This document shows, piece by piece, positions 12,301 to 24,300 of a stretch of 64,000 nucleotides of DNA (position 1 is the first letter of the stretch; each line of letters starts with the position of its first letter). The stretch is from Mytilus edulis. Taxonomy: Eukaryota. The stretch covers positions 35,030,001 through 35,094,000 of the forward strand of contig NC_092348.1 in the NCBI RefSeq assembly GCF_963676685.1. Direction: 5' to 3'. The notes under the pieces are model-generated. The model was given only the letters and a program-made list of their open reading frames with translations. It was not told the DNA's origin and made no database searches. Made by a program: the position numbers and the translations under genes.

Positions 12301-15300
12301 TACAATATCATAAAATAAATTTTGTGAAAACTTAGAAAGTTTTGTGATCTCATCAGATCTTTGACAAACTCCTAGTCTTCGCCTTTTTACGAACACAAAA
12401 TTCAAGGATCATATATTTTTCTTTAACTATCTTCCAGTATACAAAATTTGCTGCCCTCATGCATATTAGCACCGGCTAGTTTTGACGGCTTACTTTATAC
12501 TAGTAAGTTAGTCTGATGGGTAATTGTGTTTTTCACTGTTGTTTCGCTGCTGTCTGGTGGACGAATACCTGAAATCTCGGTGTCATCATCAAACATATTA
12601 ATGGCTGTACATCGGGTAATTCAAACACTTGTTTCTTGGCATAGAAACAACTCTTTGTTAATCTGAGCATTGAACGAATACTTTATATCCTGAACTATAA
12701 ATGTGGATACAAAAAATGAAAAACTAAGCGAAATTGTTAATCCCACATTGAACAAAAAATAAGTTGTATTTTAATAAATAACACGCATGTTTGGTTGATT
12801 GTAAACACGTAGTAGTCCATCATGCATTGTTACTCATTTAGTGGATTGGTCAAAAACCCAGGAAAAAATAAATTGCGTCACACGTAAATAAACAATAACA
12901 TTTGCTGCGTATTGCAAGGACATAAATATATATTCTCCGGGTGTGAGAATTTCTCGTTGCATTGAAGACCTGTTGGTAACCTTCTGCTGTAGTCTGCTCT
13001 ATGGTCGGGTTGTTGTCTCTTTGGCACATTCCCCATTTCCATTCTCAATTTTATGCTAATTAATTCATTTCTGTATAAGGTAGTGTTCCTGACCTGTTAA
13101 AGTCATTGTGAAAATTTCTTAAAATCATTATTTTAATATTCTATCTATGAATTTTGTTGAATGTGTAAATACAGTCTCATTTATTAAAAGTCAAACTGGG
13201 GATGTAAGATTATATTTATGAGGGATACTAGTAGTATGGTATATTCTTTGGAAGTTTTAACAACCATAAGGAGTTGTGCAATGTTCTTTAGATAAACAAA
13301 AACCAATATAAACAACCAATCTTTGTGCATCTATTGGACTGTGCTGGATGTATGAATACAGTTGTGTCAAATAAAGGGGTTTCTTGAAGAGCAGGCACAC
13401 TTCATTTAGGTTGAAAAACATTGAACATCTCAATATAGGTTTCTGTTTTCTAGTTTTTGTTTGCTTCAACCAAATGATATGAAACATATACAAAATGCTT
13501 ATTTCCATAATCACAGAGCAAGTTTAAATTTGGGGGATGTCACTTTTTTCAGTTTTCTAGTTATGTCCCTTTATAATTTTGTATGAACACAAACAATTTT
13601 TTTTTAGGTGGGTGGGGGGTGTAAATAGATTTCCATAAATTCCATGTGACAATAACTTAGCCTCAATCTTAGTATCATGATAGTTTTATGTTCAATTCAG
13701 CAGTTTTTTTTATACAAACTTTATATATATTGATACTGTTTTTGAAGTTAGCCTTAGAAGTTTTGAATATTATCAGCTTTGCTTTCCTGTTCATATTATC
13801 TTAGAGAATTAAGCTTCACCTAGGCTGTATGCCCTTTGTTCTTTGACCACTGGGCAAATTCATTGTGAAATTTACCAATAATCACATATAATTTTAGGTA
13901 ACTTGAATGTCATCATTGGAAAAGACACAGTGAAGATGGTAAGACTTGGTCAGCAGTGCATGGAAAGGGTTGCTGCAGTTGTTACTCAGATTGGTAGGTG
14001 AAGTATGTTGGTGGTTTATTATACTGGTCCACAGCCTCTTTATATGGTCTGACTTTATCACAAATTATTGTGTCTTTTTAGGTGCAAATATTAATAGTTT
14101 TAACTTTCTTTGACCATTTACACATGTTAGGAAAGGAATGTACATGTAATTAAGATATTGATATTCAGAATCAGATTAAAACTATCACAAACAATGATGA
14201 AATCAAAAATACATGTATAACTTCAGATGACATCAAAACATTTTTATTTAAGAGTAAACTATATAATGTTTACTACTCTTAACATTCATCATACACATTA
14301 TTTTTAAAGAATTGTTAAATATCTTTAGTTATTAACATGATTAATGAAATCTCCTTTACAATTAATTAAAAAAGAATCATTCAAGAATGAATATTGACTA
14401 AAAAGACTTTACTACTTCTTTTCATTTTAAAGGCAAAAAAGTCTTATGATGTGTATTTTTCAAACAATTAAAGCAATGATTAATTTTACAGATGCACAAA
14501 GCAGTTCATTAGAAAGTATACAGATACAACCATCATATAAACCAAGTGGTACCAAGTCTGAACCTTGTACTCCATCAGATCAATTCCAATCTTCTAAGTG
14601 TAACATGTTCCCTGATAATGTTCTTATGTAAGTAATTTGAAAAGGATATGTTGCTAGATTTAACATTTGGTTTCAAATAACTATAACACAGCCATTAAAG
14701 TCCCATGAAACCTTATTTTTATGCCCCACCTACGATAGTAGAGGGGCATTATGTTTTCTGGTCTGTGCCTCCGTTTGTCCGTCCATCCGTCTGTGCCTCC
14801 GTTCGTCCGTCCGCTTCAGGTTAAAGTTTTTGGTCAAGGTAGTTTTTGAAGAAGTTGAAGTCCAATCAACTTGAAACTTAGTACACTTGTTCCCCATGAT
14901 ATGATCTTTCTAATTTTAATGCCAAATTATAGTTTTGACCCCAATTTCATGGTCCACTGAACATAGAAAATGATAGTGCGAAGTTCAGGTTAAAGTTTTT
15001 GGTCAAGGTAGTTTTTGATGAAGTTAAAGTTACATCAACTTGAAACTTAGTACACATGTTCCCTATGATATGATCTTTCTAATTTTAATTCCAAATTAAA
15101 GTTTTGACCCCAATTTCACGGTCCACTGAACATAGAAAATGATAGTGCGAGTGGGACATTCATGTACTATGGACACATTCTTGTTGTAATTTTCTTTTAA
15201 ACAGTGAGTATTATTCTTATTCAAATATCTTTATGCTAATGCTATAAACAACATTTTTCAAATATAAGGTTAAAATACGTTCAGCTGTGGATATGTTTTA

Positions 15301-18300
15301 ACAGTTTTTACTGTTTTCTGCTTTAGAACATTACCACTCAGCATTAAACATGTTAAAAAAGTGGCCATTTGGGAACTAAGGGATTACATACATGATTAAA
15401 CTTATTTGAAACTTGTGGGTGATTTAAGACCATGCTTTTCAAACTGTTTTGCTTGTGACCATTCCGTATTCTCGTAATCTGATGTTCTATAAATAGAAAA
15501 GTTATATCATTCATAGGATACCAATTTTAGTGGATTTCAAAGATACAGACAAACCAAGAATTTAAATATTTAATGAAGTACAAACTTTTCTGTTTGAACT
15601 ATTGGAAACAATGACTTTACAATTATCATGATTATACTTCAATCCATGAACATTGTCAATCCACAGTACTTGATTTGGCAATGTATGGATTTGGAGTTTA
15701 GTATGGTGTTTATTATCACTGAACCAGTATATATTTGTTTAGGGGCCAGCTGAAGGACGCCTCCGGGTTTGAGAATTTCTCGTTGCATTGAAGACCTGTT
15801 GGTGACCTTCTGCTGTTGTCTGCTCTATGGTCGGGTTGTTGTCTCTTTGGCACATTCCCCATTTCCATTCTCAATTTTATCCTATTTTAAGAATGACATA
15901 CAATAAGTCATCAAGTCACCCAAGACTCTGATGGACACATCTGTAGTTTGAATACAAAATCTTTTCACACATAATGTTTTCTTCTTCAATTTTCTTTTCC
16001 TTGAAACTTAATTTGATGATTTATTACTGTAAATTCAGAAATTATTGCGAGGTTTTTATTATTGCGAAAATTGCGACAGAGTTGTAAACGCAATAATTTA
16101 AACTCGCATTTTGAAATATTTTATAGAAATTAAACAGGACTTTTCTCAAAATCGTAAAAATTAAAATCGCATTTAAGTCTAAAATGACAAAATCACAATA
16201 ATAAATGCATGCAATAATTTGTGAATTTACTGTATATCACTGTTCATCATAAAAAGTGCTATAACAGGTGTATAAGTTATGGTTATAAAAGTGCTATAAC
16301 AGGTGTATAAGTTATGGTTATAAAAGTGCTATAACAGGTGTATAAGTTATGGTTATAAAAGTGCTATAACAGGTGTATAAGTTATGGTTATAAAAGTGCT
16401 ATAACAGGTGTATAAGTTATGGTTATAAAAGTGCTATAACAGGTGTATAAGTTATGGTTATAAAAGTGCTATAACAGGTGTATAAGTTATGGTTATAAAA
16501 GTGCTATAACAGGTGTATAAGTTATGGTTATAAAAGTGCTATAACAGGTGTATAAGTTATGGTTATTATTTGATAAAATGGTTACTAATAATATTTCACT
16601 TAATTACAGTCCAAAGGAACAGTCTCCACTAGAATTAGCCTACAAACAGAACCAACAATTAATGATGGCCTACAAAGCAAGGTTGGCTAGATTGGACCCC
16701 AAGAGAAGAATGGCCACTGACTATGTAATTCTTGTTTACTAAAGATATTAGTGGAAAATATGCATCAGAGCTTTATATTTTCGAAAACTTCTGTTTTATC
16801 TTAAATTTTCTAACAACCCATTCAAATTATACATTAAATACCAGATTTTTAACAGACACCAGTGTCAGCGTACCCCTCGTATCATAACCTTTTTCTTGCT
16901 GTTGATTGCAATTATTAAAATGCCATTGTCAGATGTAAAAAATATTTCTTTGAATCCATATGTAATAAATTTGTCGCCCCTTATTTAACATGTTTAAGAT
17001 TCTACCAACTAATATTCATTGTAAAAGTGCCATCTTCGGGTATGAAGTATCTTTAAATGAAACAGGATGGCCGGTTTTATTTGTGCCATTTTATATATAA
17101 AATATATCATATGAAGTAATGTTGGGGTTTTTGTTTCAGAGTTTGACCGTTCAAAGGAAAATGGCCGAAAATTTAGCAGTTGCAAAAGTACAAGAAGAAG
17201 CAGTATCCTTGTTCTACAAATGTAAAATTAAACACATTACGATTGTCATAGCAAGAAAAAGTTTTGCATATAATGTTAACTGTTAATTCAGATATTAATG
17301 TGAGCATTTATTAATGTAAATAAACAACAATCAACAGTAATGCAGGATTAATTGTGTGATTTTTATTTCAAATTTATGAATTATTATTGCATTGATAATT
17401 ATTTTGAAGCATGTGAAATAATGTTATGTTGTCACTAAAGTTACAAAAAATTATAATGTAGTAATTATTGTTTGCTTAAATATTTCATGGAATTTATACT
17501 TTTTTATGCTCTGCCTACTATAGTATGAAGGACAATCTGATCTGTTTTCCAGGTTAACATCCACCTGTTGTCTGTCAGGTGTCTCATAAAAGATAAGGTT
17601 TTAAATAGTTTCCATGCTGATGAGGTCACATAAACTTGAAACTTTTTTGTTGTCAGTTCAGGGCATGGTGTCCAAATGGACATATCCCTTTCAAGGAGGC
17701 TCGAGGGTATAAAAATTTCAGAAAAAAATCAAACATTTGTTTTTCATTACAAATTTTATTTATTTCCTTTTGTAGTTGTTACTTTATCATATGGTACAAA
17801 AATCATTCAAAACAATCAATTCTTGTTGGCCCCAGATGACTTTCAAAATGTATACATCATTGAAAAATTTCCAAATTATCTCCCTTTGGTGGAAAAAAGG
17901 CCATTTTTTTGGCTCTAAAATTGAAATATCTTTTTCAACTCATCGGTGACCTATCTTTTTTAATATAATTTCCATATAAGCTGTACTTAAACTAAATTAT
18001 TGTAAAATTTTAGCGATTTCTGTAATAAATTTCTTTTTTTTATTTCGATATTACCTTTATTTCTCCTCTTACTTCAACAGAAAAAAAACACCTTTACAAA
18101 AATGTATGCTTCTTTCGAAGGCAGATTGTGAGCGCAAATGATCGGTGACCCCACTTTTTATTTTATTTTTCTATTAACTATAAGATAAAGTTCATTTATA
18201 GAAAAATATAGAGAAATCCTATATAAATGATTTAGACCCGCGAACCCCATTGAGGCTTATTGTTTTCTATTATATAAATTTTAGTTGCTTTACTTTTTTT

Positions 18301-21300
18301 ATTACAATGATACATGTATTTAGCCATAACTTTGCATAGCTGAAGAAGAAAATGAATGAAAGACAACAAAGATTAGAAGAACAAGCTGCAAGGTATAGCT
18401 TGATTTTTTTAATAAGTCGTCCATGTCCTTTAACTACAGGTCTGTAGAAATCTACAGAAATAGTTCCACCTTATTTCCTGTACTTGGCATAGTGGATCAA
18501 ACAATTTTATGCTACATAAATGTTTAAAATCTTTTTAGCAAAGAAGTTTGCCACAAAAGAAACACATTTAAATGTCTATTTTGTATTAAAAAAAAACAAG
18601 GAAAATACAAACACATTGTTTTATCCATCTCTGTTGGTACCAAAGTACAGGGTAGTCTCCTTTCAGATCACAAAACACTTCCCTTTGTTTGTCTGCGCTC
18701 TCGACCTTAACATTGTATTGATTCATTCATTTATGTACTTTGAGTGTTTAACATCTAAAGAAAAGACTGGATCTCACTTTTTGTTTAAACATATTTATTC
18801 ATCAACATACAAAAATAAGTTAACAGTAAAATTCAGAAACTAGCTGTACATAACTTATGTTATATAAAAAAGAAGATGTGGTATGATTGCCATTGAGACA
18901 ACTCTCCACAAGAGACCAAATGCTACAGAAATTAACAGCTATAGGTCACCATACGAACTACTACAATTAGCAAAGCCCATACCTCATAGTCAGCCTTTGT
19001 TTTCTCAACCTGGACCTCAGTTTTGTAAATTAATGAGACACTTTTAAAGGAACAAACACAGTGACATGTCAAAATATAGGAAAAAATCATTAAAAATGAT
19101 TTATCATTGGTTTGGTTTCAGGAGATTTGGAACACCAACAGGATTAACAGATGATGATAAAGAACAAAGATTAATCTACAAAAAAGTCCTCGAATTCGAA
19201 CAAGAGCATGTAAATATTTATATAAATATATAAGTGCTGCTTTTGTATGGGATTCAGAAGTGTGTGCATTCTGGTGAGAAAATGGGCAGATCCAACCATT
19301 TTATGAGTACCATTAGTGAGAGGTCTTAAAGAAAAAAATCCAATCTTATGAGAAAGAACCCCACTTTTGCATGTTTAGGTACTACATTGATAAAAATGTT
19401 ATGAACAACTTTTAGAACTAGAAATAGTTATTCATTATATCCCACAAAATACTGTTTATTTTTGTTATTTGACTTGTGTGTGTGAAACCTCAAATTAAGG
19501 TAACACGATACCGAATGACGTTACACCATGAGTTATCGTTCCTGACGTTATCGAATAACGTTCACACATATAAGCCAATGCAGCGGGTTTTGTGTGGCAT
19601 TTTTAACGGTAACTTTCCCTAGATGCAGAGTGCCGAGAGTTTTGATGCAATACGTAGCGGTTATTTGACATAGATTGTTTTATCGTTTTCCGGCAATCAT
19701 TCTGCTCATTCGGTTAATCTTTAAAAAGTATTACTTTACTTTTTAAATATTCTGTTTCTTTGATATTTAAGCATCTTCACGCTTTATCTATATATGTTCT
19801 TATGCATAACAGACACAGTTTTATCACTTTATTTTTATTCTTGGTATAGATATAGGAAGATGTGGTGTGAGTGCCAACGAGACAACTCTCCATCCAAATA
19901 ACAATTTATAAAAGTAAACCTTGGTTTATTTTTGCAATAAGTTCTTATTCATGATTCGCGCTGTATCCCCATGAAATTTTGTTTTGAAAGTAGAAATCTA
20001 ATTTATAGCACAGGTATTTGGGGCATGGACCCCCCTTTTTTGGACCTCACTAAAAAAAAATTGTTTGGTGTTTTTTTTATTTATTTACAATTTTCTACAA
20101 TGTATAAACATATATCAAGTCTCAAAAATCCATTGCTAGTCGATTACAATAATTTTTTTACTATCCATACGAGCCCTTCTTTTTTCACTTGGGGCTCGTA
20201 TGGATAGTAAAAATTTATTGTAATCGACTAGCAATGGATTGTTGAGACTTGATATATGTTTATACATTGTAGAAAATTGTAAATAAATAAAAAAAAAACA
20301 CCAAAAATTTTTTTTTTTTTTTTAGTGAGGTCCAAAAAAGGGGGTCCATGCCCCAAATACCTGTGGTCTACTCAGGACGGACAGCAACATCGGAATGAAG
20401 CATTAGAAAGTTAACGAAGGCTGAGAAATACATGGGCACTTGATTCGGCAGAAATAAAATAACAAAATTAAGGTTCCGTTAGAGTCTGAATAAAGCCCGC
20501 CCCGAGTATCCACTTGCCTCTACAAACGCAAGTTGGTAGTTGGGGCTGGCTGTAGTCAGACCGGTTCCATGTTCCCTGATTCCGTTATAATTTTTTTCTC
20601 GAAATTTACATGCAAACGACTGACTTTTTATTAATCAAACGGCAAGAGACTGTAAAAAAGCTAGATCTTGAAATCATTTAGATTTTATATTCGTGTTAAT
20701 TTACGCTTGCATGGGTATTCGGTGTTTTTTTAGTTTTGAATTGGAAAGAATGTACATGTACAAGTTGGGAGACAAAACGACTGAAAGAAAATTAACAAAG
20801 TTACCTTTTAGGGCTCTGGGGGCCATATTGCTCGCATACTAGGCGTCGGAAAAGGTCCGAAAAGTTTCTTTCTTAAAATTAGTTTTTAGAACGAGTATAC
20901 AAGTATATATATACATGTATAGCGTCAATTAAAATTTTCCCGACCATCATCGCGGATGCCCTGCCTCTATTGCAAAACCTACCTATTGTATTTATTGTTA
21001 ACTTGTTCTCGTCCTGAGCATGCATGAAATATTTTCCACTGGACGTTAACCAACCAATAATCAAAGCAATCAATCCTACAATTTACACCCGTCACTTGGA
21101 ACTTTAGTTGTTAAAACTTAAATCATTGCCTCTATTTTTTTCAAAAAATTCGAAAAAGTTTAAACGCAGACCGCGAGGAAGACCAAAATTGAACAGTTAC
21201 GCAAAACTAAATATCTACGTTACCGCTTGCTCATTTTGGAAGTGGGGTAACATGAGACTTTATTTGTGAAAGTACTAGTACAAATATTTTTTTTTTTGTG

Positions 21301-24300
21301 TACATGTACATGTTATTTGTACAAAAGTTGGCTGATAGAATGATAAATGGAGATATGTGATATGCAATATATAAGATAGCAACAGCTGGGCATTTATTAA
21401 CTGACATCTACACCTTGAAGACATCAAGAAAATCGTAATTAATGCTAATTGGAATAGTATCTTTACACTTCTTATTTGTAGTTTTAGTAAAAGTTGGAAA
21501 ATTTTGAGTATGTGTAGTATAATTGTCACAGTAACATTTCAGTCTCTTGGTTAATATTAGTTTAAGTCTTTTAAAACTTTTGCCCTTCTCTAGAAAATTC
21601 AAACCATTATGAAATATAAGGAGATGCGGTAAAATTTCCAATTAATCAACTTTCCACCAAAGACGAAATGACGGAAATGCTAGCCTTCTTACATTGCTAC
21701 TACATTTCAGATCTCCAAATTACCATTCCATTATATGAACTGCATATTCAAAAATATGCATTGTCACCAAATTACTTATAGAGCACGTTTCATCATATTG
21801 TTTTACATTTGTCCGTTTGACCGTTAATCCCGCACTTAGTATATATAGGGTTAATTCGGCTAATTATTTAGGACTACAGTAGTTTTGCTTCAGCTTTAAA
21901 ACTATGTACCTGGTGTTACTACTCATATTATAGGTGCGCATATCGTCTGGAGTTTCTTTTTTGTTTCATGACAGGTTGCTGGATTAGGCATTTTGATAAA
22001 ATACAAAGGCACACAGAGTACAGACCCCGGCTTACATCTGATACAGGTTGAATTTCAAGCTGGAACTTTTAAATTTCGCAGTTGTTTTACTTATATAAAG
22101 AATGCATATATGATTTCAAGATTTGTTATGTAAATAATTTTTCACAAATGACAGAATGTTGAAATTTGTGAAATTTTGCATACAGTTTGCTAACCCGAAT
22201 AATTCAGTCCCTCCCCGTAATCGATCTCTCCTACTTACTTAATGTAGTAAGCGGAATATAACGACTGAATTAATTCGGGTTAACAGTTTGCAAGGTTTGT
22301 CCGACTTGCTGAGCAAACAAGTAACACATTTACACCACGCAGAGTACACTATACTACATGTATTGTATGTACCAAGTCAAGAATATGACAGCTGTTTATC
22401 ATTCTTTTGATGTTTTTCAGCTTTTGATTTCGTCATTTGAAAAGGGATTTTTTTCGTTTTGAATTTTTCTTGGAGCTTTGTTATTCTATTGTTATTCTAT
22501 TTTTTGGAATGTGTATTTTATCATGATTATTATTTTTCCTCATAATTTTCACTAATAACAGAATGTTTAATCTTTTTTGACTGGTACATCAAATGTGTAT
22601 TTTATAAACAACTGTTTTCAAAATTGTATTGTATCGTCCCGAACATACATGAACTATTTGCCACTGAACGTTAAACAACCATCAAACCGAGCAATTAAAA
22701 AACAGTTAAATGAATCAATTTTTTTGAAATACTATATTTATGCATCACGGGATGCAGTGATGATACCACCATTGTCTAATATGATGGAGTTAAAAATCAG
22801 TAATGATGAATCTCACGTGAAATATTTCATTTAATTTTCACGTAAACTTAACAAAAATCTGAAGGAATTTTTTATGGTTTTAATCAAATTTTAGAACAAA
22901 GATATTATTTAAATAATTTTATTTCAAATATTTACGTGAATTTAACGTGTACAAAATTCCGGTGATTTATGCATGAACTATTATCATACGATTCACATGG
23001 AACCTGTTCACGCAAGTTTCAAGTATATGCTCGTTTGATGTGAAAATCAGACGATATTGATATTAATTCATATGAGTGAAATTCCATGTGCAGGACGAAA
23101 TAAAATTATATCTGATTCAGTAGAATTTTATATTGCATTACTAGGAACTTTACGACAGTCGACAGGGGAAATGAAAATAAAATATACTCATTCAGATCCC
23201 GACACATATTTTTTTCTCCATTTCTCTGAGAAGGAATAACGTTATATTCCGTACACCATAACGTCACACGTTTTTGGTCAAATTCTAGGCCTATCGATCA
23301 ACTTTGAAGCCATTTATTTCAAAAACAAGGATGGTGACATATGAGTTTCTATACGTGTATGGATTCACTATGCAATCCTGGATATTATGTTAGTTTTTTG
23401 TTTTTCTCCGTATATAAGAAAATAGCCATCCATTCGAAAATCTAAAAAGGTAAGCCGAAAAAAAGGCATTTCCCCTATATACCTAAGTAAATTTGTCGCC
23501 AAAATTGACGTTTTCTTATGAAAATTACAAAAAAACAAAAATGGTGACCCCCATTTTTTATTACATATTCCGATGTAACTCGATACAAAGAACATGTATG
23601 CCAAAAATTTGGGAAATCGGGAGATATGCCATTCGGTATCGTGTTACCTTAAGGGACAACTTATTAAAATCCATAAATAAAAAAACAAATTGTATAGATT
23701 GCAATATAGATAGCAAGTTCAAGGGATATAAGTAAAAAGAACTATGTACAGAAAAACAATTGTTTTAGTTCCTTTCTTGTATATTATAACTGAAAATATT
23801 ACAATAACTCAAAATGATTTTAAAAGTCAATATTGTTTTCAAGAGTTTCAAAGTTCTTGTGTTGAATTTTATAAAAAGATCATGAATATGCAAATCTATA
23901 TACTAAAACATCATTTCTGAATAAAAAAACAAGCAACCACTTTTATGTCTGTTAGGATTCATCTGACCTCGACCTGATTTTATTGGTTCATTGACCTAGT
24001 TAAAGCTGTGAAACATGTAGTTAGACCCTGAATTCTAAAACTTCAACATATTCATTCATAATCAGCAAAGCAGGTGAGACATTTAAGTGTGTCTCATATA
24101 ATATACTGCAATACTGGTCAAAATGAATTCCATGGAGACTATTCAGATGAGATGGTAGTTTGGTATACACACATTAAATTACAACAGAATATCTTTAGAT
24201 TGATAATTACGCTTTATATATTTGGTGTGACAGCAGGAAAGCCCAAACTTGAAATTGTGAAAGACAAAGATGTATAAACAAATGCTTGATTATTTGAGGA

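Noticed and set aside
16252-16566. CRISPR-like 35-bp repeat array
   Set aside because: The units are contiguous with no unique spacers, the context is a eukaryotic intron, and there are no cas genes.
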